DNA of 59,930 nt, counting the filler, from Trypethelium eluteriae (lineage: Eukaryota), in NCBI GenBank assembly GCA_051942245.1. It is 2 parts of 2 records of this genome, joined end to end, with 100 filler letters (N's around TTAATTAATTAA, not from the genome) between each part and the next. Parts side by side here need not be neighbours in the genome. Positions count along the whole stretch, not along the records: positions 30,065 to 59,930 come from JAVECL010000287.1; 1 more part is not named here. One strand, written 5' to 3'. The position numbers and the translations under genes were made by a program. How positions within the stretch are numbered: position 1 is the first letter of the stretch; each line of letters begins with the position of its first letter. This document shows positions 50,431 to 59,930 of this stretch, one piece after another. The notes beneath the pieces are model-generated. The model was not told the DNA's origin, did no database searches, and worked only from the letters and a program-made list of their open reading frames with translations.

Positions 50431-53400
50431 TCACGGAGCCAACACGAGCGCCAGCAATGCCATGCGAACATACATACCGTACTTCATCTGTAACCCGTTA
50501 GCTTTCATCTTCACGCGCGAATCAATCAGGAGAAACTCAGAGCACCCACCTGTCTAAAATATGCCGCCCGTGGATCAAAGTCCACCTCCTCCGCAATCTC
50601 CATATTCCTCGGCAGCGGATGCATAACGACCATATTCGCCTTCGCCGCCTTCAGCGTCGTATTATTCACCACAAAAGCATCCTTAACGCTTTCATACAGC
50701 GCCTCGTCCTCAAACCGCTCCTTCTGCACGCGCGTACAGTACAGCACGTCCGACCTGGCAACCACATCCTCCGACAACTCCGTCTGCTCCACCCGCAACT
50801 GCCCGCGGCTCTTCAAGCCCGCACACACCTTCTCCGGCAGCGCGAGCGACGCCGGCGCTACCAACTGCACGCTGACGTCGTAGTGCTTGAGCAGCTCGCA
50901 CAGCGAGTGCACAGTGCGCCCGTACCGCAGGTCGCCGAGAAACGTGATCGTCAGCCCGTTGACCGTGCCCAGCTCTTCGCGTATGGTGTACAGGTCGAGG
51001 AAGGCCTGGGTTGGGTGTTCGCGCGTGCCATTGCCCGCGTTGAGGATGGGGACGGGTGAGTATTTGGCGGCGATCGAGGCGGAGTCGTCGTTCCCGTGGC
51101 GCAGGACGATGGCGTCGCCGTAGGCCCCCAGAGTGCGGATCGTGTCTTTCAGGGACTCGCCTTTTGCGGTGCTTGAGTGTGACTCGGTGATGGGGATGCT
51201 GACGCCGCCGAGGCGTCGCATTGCGGTGTCGAAGGAGACGAGGGTCCGCGTGGAGGGCTCGTAGAACATTTCGTGGAGGACTTTGCCTTTGAGGATGTCG
51301 AGGCAGCCCTCGCGCTCGACGCCGAGTCGCATTTCGGAGGCGACGGTGAAGAGGAGGTGAAGCTCGTGTCGCGTGAATTGGTTGACGGAGATGATATGTT
51401 TGCCCTTGAAGGGTGAACTCCGAAGGAGTTGGTGGAGTGAGGGCGATTTCGTAGCTTGTGCTCCTTTAAGATCGGTCATCCCGTCGATTTGTGCCCCAGG
51501 AGCAGGCACAAAAGTCTGATAGTCGACTTCACTAATTTCCAGATCGTATTTGCGCACAAGCGCTTCGATTAAGATTTTGGCATTTTTCACATTTGTGACT
51601 AGTGGAGTCTGATAGTCAACTGCCATGCGGCGTGTCCGATAACCTTTGCTAACATAACTGGCGGGACGCCGAAAGCGATTGCTGGATGGCAGATTGATAT
51701 AAAGATCGATCAAGGCATTTGCTAAATGTTGCGTGAGCGAGTATTCCGGCTTCTGGTCCGCCTCATGCCCTCTTAAAGCCTCGAGATATTTCGTGGGGAT
51801 GCCATGTTCTTGCAGGTAGTCGGCCGTTCCGGCAGTCGCGAAAAGATTGTAGCCAAGCTCATGCAATTTCCTGACCGATGGCAGCATCTCCATCTTGTCC
51901 TTGAAAGAGCCAATGGAGAGCAAAATATTCTTTCTTGGGAGTTTGAATCCCGTAGAAATTAGCGCTTTGGTATAGGCCTCATACTTTGTTCGACCAAAGC
52001 AAGCGACTTCGCCAGTAGAAGCCATTTCGACACCAAGAACTGGATCGGCACCAGACAAACGCGAGAATGAGAATTGTGGTACCTTCACGCCAACGTAGTC
52101 CGATGGTATGGTCACTGTCGGATACTCCTTGACTGGTAGGCCCGCCATGGCTTTGGTGGCCATTTCTATTAAATCGACACCCATCACCTTCGACACGAAG
52201 GGGAAAGACCTCGAAGCACGAACATTGCACTCGATGACTTTGATGTCATTATCTTTGGCGATGAACTGGATATTATACGGACCAGTAACGTTCAGCGCAT
52301 CTCCAATTTTGCGCGTTGCATCTTCAATCCTGCGTACAGTTTCTGGGTCAAGATCTTGTGGTGGCTGTATCAATGTAGCATCACCAGAATGGACGCCAGC
52401 GTTTTCCACATGCTCAGAAATGAAGTGTCCGATCATTTTGCCGTTCCTAGCCACTGCATCCATTTCAATCTCCTTGGCATTTTCAATATACTTCGTGATC
52501 ACTACAGGATGATCTTTGGATACGTCTGCTGCTTGCTGGAGATAGTTTGCAAGATCGTCCTTGGAATAAACGGTGTTCATTGCGGCTCCCGAAAGCACAT
52601 ATGATGGTCGAACGAGCACGGGATAGGTGACCTTATTACAAAATTCGTTCGCCTCGTCGAGACTTGTTAACTCCTTCCATTGAGGTTGATCGACTCCTAT
52701 TCGATCAAGCATGCGGGAGAACTTGTAACGATTCTCGGCGGTATCAATCATCTCAGGCGACGTGCCCAAAATCTTGACACTGAGACGGTACAAAGGTACG
52801 GCGATGTTGTTGGGCGTTTGTCCGCCCATTGAAAGCATGACTCCACTGGAAGATTCTAGTTGGTAGATGTCAAGGACTGTCTCGAGAGTGATGTTCTCAA
52901 AATACAATCTATCAGCCTCATCATAGTCGGTGCTGACTGTTTCCGGATTATAGTTGACCATGACGGTCTTGTAGCCTTGATCTCTCAGTGTGCGTATTGC
53001 TCTGACAGAACACCAGTCGAATTCCACGGATGATCCAATCCTATAGACACCCGAGCCGAGAACCATGATTCCATTGTCGTTGAAAGCAATGTCGTGTGAA
53101 GCTCCGTTGTAAGTGAGGTAGAGGTAGTTCGTATAAGCTGGAAATTCCGCTGCAACGGTATCGATCTGTTTCACCATTGGCGTGATGCCAGCATCAACTC
53201 GAATTCGGCGGACTGCCAATTCGTTCGAGTCCCAAAATTTGGCCAGTTGTCGGTCAGCAAAACCTAGCTGTTTTGCTTTTTGCAGTAGATCCGTCGGGAT
53301 CGTCTTACTGTTGTATCTTGTCATCAGTCTCCCAAAATCGCTGAGACCTTTGAGCCTTGTCAAGAACCATTTATCTATCTTGGTCAATTCCCATATCTTG

Positions 53401-56110
53401 TCCACGCCATAGCCACTGTGCATTGCGTTTGCCAAAGCGAACATTCGTTGATCTGATGGAGTTTGCAGCTCAGTGTCAATGTCAATAGACATCAACGCCG
53501 TTGTCTCGTTGAATCCAAGGTTATTGACATCTACTGCTCGAATGGCCTTTTGGATCGCTTCTTCGAAATTGCGCCCAATGCTCATCACTTCTCCGACACT
53601 TTTCATTGAAGACCCAAGCAACGTCGATACTCTCGTGAACTTTTTCAAGTCCCAGCGCGGGATTTTGACAACGACGTAATCAAGAGAAGGCTCGAAACAT
53701 GCACAAGTAACTTTGGTGACAGAATTCTTGATCTCGTTTAATGGAATTCCGAGCCCCAGCTTAGCTGCAATAAAGGCCAAAGGATAGCCGGTGGCCTTGG
53801 ATGCAAGGGCTGAAGATCGCGAGAGACGGGCATTGACTTCAATAATACAATATTCTCTCGAATCGGGGTTCAAAGCATACTGAATATTGCATTCACCCAC
53901 CACACCCAGATGACGGATGACATTAACAGCTGTCGTCCGTAGCATGTTGTAGTCTTCGTCCGAAAGTGTTTGGGATGGTGCAACGACGACAGAGTCCCCT
54001 GTATGGATACCAAGTGGGTCAAAGTTCTCCATGTTACAGACTGTGATACAATTGTCGTGGGCATCTCGAACGACCTCATATTCGATCTCTTTCCAGCCTT
54101 TCATACTCCGCTCGATAAGGACCTGTGGACTTGCAGCAAATGCTCGGTTGCACAGCTCGACCAAGCCATTTTCAGCTTCTGCAAACCCACTTCCGAGACC
54201 GCCCAGAGCGTAGGCAGCCCGAACAATGACTGGATAGCCAATATCTTTTACCACGCGTTTAGCCTCTTCGACCGAGCTTGCAGATGCAGACTTTGCACAG
54301 CTTTCGGCAATCGATTCCATACTACGTGCAAAAAGTTCACGGTCCTCAGTTGTGATAATTGTATCGATCGGAGTTCCAAGCACTCGCACCCCGAGACCTT
54401 CGAGCTCATCTTTGAGCTGGATTCCAACCTGCAGGGCAGTCTGGCCTCCGAAGGTGACGTAAATCGCATCTGGCCGTTCATGGACGATGACTTTCCGGAC
54501 GAATTCTGCATTGACTGGAAGAAAATAGACCTTATCTGCAAGACCCTTTGACGTCTGTATTGTGGCAATATTAGGATTGATCAGAATGGTGTAGATTCCT
54601 TCCTCCTTCAACGCCTTGATAGCCTGGCTTCCAGAGTAATCGAATTCACCAGCCTGACCGATGCTCAGGCCTCCACTACCCAAGACCAGAACCTTTTTCA
54701 CATGGACGCGAGGATTCATGGATTGGTTTTCCAATAAATCACCACCTGGAAAACGGACCGGTTGGGATAGATGTGCGGGTGAAGCTAGAGTCTTCTTGAT
54801 GGTATTAATGAAGATATCGAAAAGAAATTCAGTATCCCGAGGTCCAGGAGCACTCTCTGGATGGAACTGCACACTAAAATATGGCCGAGACACATGGTGA
54901 ATGCCTTCGTTGCTACCGTCATTTGCATTGACGAATAGCTCTCGCCAATTCTGAGGAAGCGTTCGCGAGTCAACCGCATATCCATGGTTTTGAGACGTGA
55001 TATAGCATCTTCCAGAAAGCAGATTTGTACACGGGATATTGTGGCCTCGATTCCCGAACTTCATTTTCATAGTATCCGCACCAGCTGCTCGAGCAAGGAG
55101 CTGATGACCCAAACATATCCCGAATATAGGTGTCTTTCCCTCTTGTAGCGCCAAGGCAAGGTGTTGAACAGTTTTCTCCATCATGGCAGGATCGCCCGGT
55201 CCATTCGAAACAAACAAGCCGTCATATTCACGACCAGCTTCCTTGTGAAAGTCATAGTCCCATGGCACAAGCTCGACCTCTACACCTCGAGACACCAGGC
55301 AGCGAAGTTGATTGTATTTGAAGCCCACATCTACGAACAAGACACGAATTGGTCGCCCTGAAGGGTGCTTTAGTGCAGTGGAAGGATTGGGTGAATAGAC
55401 TCGTGGTGATTTTATAGAGACTATTTACAGGTCAGAAGCAAGCAAGCAGTCTTGTCGCCGTGAGGGATTAAATTTCTCTCACCCTCTGCTACCAAGTTCA
55501 GTCCATTCGGATCCTTCCACGGTACGTTCTCGAAACTCAGGTTTGAATAGCCATGCTTAAGGCTTCCATTGACCACACTGGTGGTTCTTGCAGTGCCGTT
55601 CGCAAGACCGGGCGGACTGTGCAATTCTTGTTGCTGGATTAGGAGGCGACCAAGCATGCTACCTTCTTCACGAATCCGCTTCGTCAACTCTCGTGTATCG
55701 ATGCCATAGATGGCGGGAACATCCTGTTCCTTCAGCCATTGACCCAACGAGGACGCAGCGAGATGGTGGGAAAAATCTTCACCGGAGTATGAGGCAACTA
55801 TTAACCCAGCAATGTGAACTTCAGCAGCTTCAAAATGAGCTGGGAGATCTTTGAGTAAGGCATCTCGTGCTTCTCGGGATGGCACACCATAATTGCCAAC
55901 CAGCGGAAAGGTCACGACAAGAATCTGGCCGCGGTAGGAAGGGTCAGTAATTGACTCCGGGTATCCCACCATGCCCGTCTGGAAGACGAGCTCGCCGGCC
56001 ACGCTCTTAATTGCCCCAAAGCTGTAGCCATAGCCGAATCTGTTGGTAGACTCGACCTGAGGGTGCTTGAGCTCAAGAGCCACGACTGGATATTCATTGT
56101 CGAGCTCCAT
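50431..56110 (-). CDS. URA2: Multifunctional pyrimidine biosynthesis protein (GATase-CPSase-ATCase), lacking the DHO-like domain
   Basis: [48 protein letters not shown] domain, then ATCase [12 protein letters not shown] and HPLPR. Exons 56110-55483, 55420-50550 and 50487-50431 give 1851 aa. Confidence 0.95.
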
Positions 56111-56919
56111 GCCGGCTAGTCAAGCTCTTTGCAAGACTGCAGCCCCTCGACTACTAAATGAAGCGGGGTGGAAAGCAGGTGGGTTGCATGCCAAGCTTCG
56201 CGTCGAGATTTTGCACTGTGCAGCATCAGATCTGGCAAATCTGAAAGCTAGCGCACTTTGGCAAGGTACGCTAACACCCTAATTGGCCATAGTCCGAGTA
56301 CTTCGCGATCCCTGTTTTGGCACATGTTGTGGGGCTTCGACACCTCAACAAGTCGGACTTGTTGCCGAACACGGTGTGAGCTTCGGTTCAGCAATCGGTT
56401 CAGATGGCGAGAGCGATGCAGGTGGACGAGGAGAGTCTCTGTGCCACAGATGACGACAGATGCCCGATGATTTTCCAAGAGTGATGGTCAATGACAAGGC
56501 GATATCAGAAAAAGCGGTGGACAGTGCACCAGGTTGTGCATGCATGTGCGTCAGGCGGATGCAGCGCCATAAGATGATCCCTGCAGAGAGTAAACAAGCC
56601 CCAGCACCCCATTTCCCCCATGTGGTGGAGATAGGGAACTGAGGGATCGCATGCAATTCTGCCCGCATGACCCTGATTCAATCTGTTCCACGCTACCGTC
56701 CCGAGATGGTGTACACCCCTTGCTTGATGAATTCATGAGGCAGCTACTGCCTGTGGCGTTGAGCTTAGTACCTCTTTGACCGATATTTGTTTCCCCTTCC
56801 TATCGCCACTGATATGCCGCTCTACTCTCCATTTTTTTACCAGGCGTAGTACATTGTCGGCGTCGTTGTAACAGGCCGTTGCAAGTTGGGAAATTTGGCG
56901 TCGCCGAGCACTGGAGGAG

Positions 56920-59900
56920 ATGCTTTCATCGTTATTTCGTTCGAAATCAAGAAGGCATCAAGATCGGTCAACCTATTCCTCGCGATATGGCAGCCTTGCA
57001 GCAAATCAACGACACCAGGAGGATGAACAACGATATTATACAGAGCAAGACTATACGGAAGCATCTGCCGACGACGATGATGAGAACTACGATAATGAAG
57101 CGGAACCGTACGACGAAGTTATCGAAGAAGATGAAGAGGTGAATGAAGATGACGAGGCCGGACCACTTCTACCTATCTTTTCAGCTGCGCACCTAGGTAT
57201 AAGCCATCTCAAGCTACAGAAACATGCAGGCTAATGATGAAATCTGCAGATCGCCTCCCTGTGTACAATACCACCCACGCTATCCGATTGCTTATCGTTC
57301 AAAGATGCGAGACTACTCTTTCGTGGGATCAGCTACGATCACCTCAGATATCTCAATTCATGGTCAAACCTATACAGCAGCAGATCAGAAATGACAATAA
57401 CTTCTCAAGAGCCACTTTGTACGCATTGATTGCAAATTGCCTTCAGTTTCAGAGAGAGGGACAAACCAATCCTGGCAATGTGGGTGTCAGCAAGACTCGC
57501 GCATCCTTGGCGGAACTACTAGCAATTCGGCTGCTGAAAGAATTCTCGACACGTGAGCTGATTGATGCTCTCTCTTATGACTTTGACCCTTTGCAAGGTT
57601 TCGAGGGAGCTGTTTCCAGCGGCGCACAAACACCGGGCATACAAAAGATCCGTGCTCAGTCTCGATCTACTCGCATCTCAACTCTTGAGATCGCCATCAA
57701 AGCGCAAGCGAAGAAGTTTCTAGCTCACCCATTGGTAGTGAAACAGCTTGAGGCAATCTGGGCAGGGAAAATCGTTTTCAACAATGCTGCTGATAGTCTG
57801 CATCGAAAACAAGAAAGAATTGCTGTCAAGATCCGCAGAAGCTATGGTACAATGCTAGATCCCTCCTCAGCACATCAGGATTATTTCACCAATGGAAATA
57901 GAGCCCTGAAGCAAAACGAGGAACGCGAAACAGTGGAGATGAGTAAGAGGCGTTCCGTCACCATTTACAATCCCAGGGAAGCATCTCTCTTTAAGCTTTC
58001 CCGTCTCCGAGTACCACGCTATAGACAGCTGTTCAGTACATTGTCGTTTGCCATCATGCTTGGACTGTTTCTTGCTGTACTTATCCAGGGATCACTAGAA
58101 ATTTCTGCACTGGAGGTTGTCTTCTGGTTTTGGAGTATTGGGTTCATGCTGGACGAGTTGGTCGGCTTCACCGAGCAAGGCTTCGGGCTTTATATTATGA
58201 GCGTCTGGAACGCTTTTGACTTAGGGATCCTATTACTTTTCGTCGTCTACTACATCCTCCGCCTGTATGGAATCCTCATGTCTGACGATCAGAAACATCA
58301 AATTGCAAATTGGGCCTACGACGTCTTAGCTTCCACTGCAGTCCTGCTATTTCCCCGCCTATTCTCCGTCCTTGATCATTACCGTTATTTCTCACAGCTT
58401 CTTATCGCTTTCAGGCTGATGGCGATGGATCTCCTGGCCGTTCTGATTCTGATTCTCATCAGCTGTAGCGGCTTCTTCGTTGCCTTCTCGCTCTCGTTTG
58501 CAGACGAGGACATTGATCCAAGCAATGTCGTATATGTCTTGTTCCAAATACTCATGGGTTTCACACCAGCAGCTTGGGACAAATGGAGCAGCTTCAATAT
58601 GCTCGGGAAGATCATAATGACGCTGTTCCTCTTCATTTGTCATTTCTTGGTCGTGACTATCCTAATCACCGTACTGACAAATTCGTTCATGGCGGTTGTT
58701 CAGAACGCAAACGAGGAGCATCAGTTCCTTTTCGCAGTCAATACAATTTCCATGGTCAAGTCAGATGCTCTTTTCTCGCACATTGCGCCTACAAATGTCT
58801 TCGGCTGGCTGGCATCTCCTTTGCGATGTATCCTACCGTTCCGTCAATTTATCAAGGTCAACCGAACTATCATCAAGATCACGCACATTCCGATCCTCTT
58901 TCTCATCTTTGCGTACGAGCGCGTCATTTTGTCTCACATGGCCTACGATCTCACGGAATTTGTCGAGCAACGTAGCAGTGACTTTGGTAAGGCGCCTGCT
59001 TTTGTCCCATCGAACGGTATAGATCTCTTCAGCCCGGGGAGGCGTATGCGAGAGCCGTCTGTTGCGACGTTCCGAAAAGATCAAGCTCTTGCGGAAGTAT
59101 TCAGACGGCCTTTCCGAGGAGACGCGATTGGAGGGACACCGCGCCTTGGAGGGACACCACGACTTGAAGGTACAGATAGGAAGAAACCAGCAGACGCAGT
59201 CGATGACTGGATGCAAAATGTTGGTGACCAGGGAGGTGCAAGTCCTCCTCTGGAGGAGCCTCGCTCGGTCCTTGAGAGACTCGACCGTGGCCCCAGGTCG
59301 CGACGATCTGGAAGATTCAGAGGCGCAAGTACTTTCAGACGTGAACTGTCTGCAATGTCGAGATCTGTCATGTCTGATCCCGAGGAACGTGTGACTAAGG
59401 TCACTTCGAGACCACGCTGGAACCAAGGCGAACAGCAGCTCAAACCCATCGACGGCTCAGGCGAGCTACCTCAAGAGACTGATGCTGATGACGGAGATGA
59501 CGAGCTCGTTACTAACGATGATGTCGACAATGCGACCTCAGATCGGCGAAGGGATGGAAGCAGAGCCGACGACGACGAGAGCCAAAGGGAAGACGATAAT
59601 GATATCGTTTCCGCCGTCGTAGATGACTATGAGGAAAGCCCCACGACTGCAAGGCGTTCTACACCGACCAATCCTATGCTTACATCCTCTTCGGTTCAGC
59701 AACCTATGTCCGACTACATGCAATCGCACAGTCCAAAACACCAGCCACCTCGACCAACTCGAGTCCCTCATAATCGCAATGTTTCAAGCACCACTATCCT
59801 ATTTAGCCCGCTCCCAGAACAAGACGGCGCATCCACCCTTTCCGCATCTCCGAAACGCCGTCCTCAAACCGCTCGCCACATCACCAGCACTCTCCCCAGC

Positions 59901-59930
59901 GGCGCCGCCACCCCAACCAACATTTCCGGC
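56920..59930 (+). CDS. TRP/YVC1-like non-selective cation channel, 3'-truncated by window edge
   Basis: PLLPIFSAAHL, intron 57197-57249, then DRLPVYNTTH, LSWDQLRSPQ, KKFLAHPLVV, RLRVPRYR, TM region WNAFDLGI..FPRLFS..LITVLTNSF..EEHQFLFA. The frame stays open to the window end, so the ORF track omits it. Confidence 0.8.

Noticed and set aside
56111..56125. In-frame TGA-CTA (readthrough-type context) three codons upstream of the URA2 ATG
   Set aside because: The upstream frame has no ATG before the next stop (~56280), so there is no ORF to read through from.
56346..56364. Palindrome CAACAAGTC-G-GACTTGTTG between URA2 and the channel gene
   Set aside because: A single 9-bp arm can arise by chance in 60 kb, and nothing else supports it.
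1..59930. tRNA, rRNA, snRNA, TPP riboswitch, transposon, telomeric or CRISPR signatures
   Set aside because: None recognised by eye. tRNAscan-SE, Infernal/Rfam and RepeatMasker would be needed to exclude small ncRNAs.

Overview
Gene-dense eukaryotic DNA from a filamentous ascomycete fungus (Pezizomycotina; short 48-90 nt GT-AG introns with CTRAY-type branch points; the class cannot be fixed from sequence alone). About 28 protein-coding genes, mostly housekeeping: TLC-domain protein (5' truncated), a divergent aquaporin, ECI1-like isomerase, PET100, TACO1/YebC, LAA1/HEATR5, two MFS transporters, MMTAG2-like, glucosidase I (CWH41), SNRNP27-like, ELP5, ASXH/DEUBAD protein, SEC22, ABZ1, MED6 (broken by a 100-nt artificial scaffold spacer), ARP3, a Cys-rich TM-SH3 protein, POA1, RIP1, BCP1, GUA1, a small 3-exon protein missed by the ORF track, a tautomerase, an aldo-keto reductase, EIF1AD, URA2/pyrABCN and a TRP/YVC1-like channel (3' truncated). 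No tRNA, rRNA, snRNA, transposon or CRISPR was recognised. The most notable observations are: (1) a CAD-like URA2 of about 1851 aa that lacks the dihydroorotase-like domain; (2) recurring ~1 kb GC-rich islands with an abrupt C-rich to G-rich skew switch that rewrites synonymous codons; (3) an aquaporin with its second NPA motif replaced by LSA; (4) a one-base frame discontinuity at the N-terminus of the TM-SH3 gene; (5) three class-I glutamine amidotransferase genes within 30 kb. All product calls come from motif recognition by eye; no database search was run.
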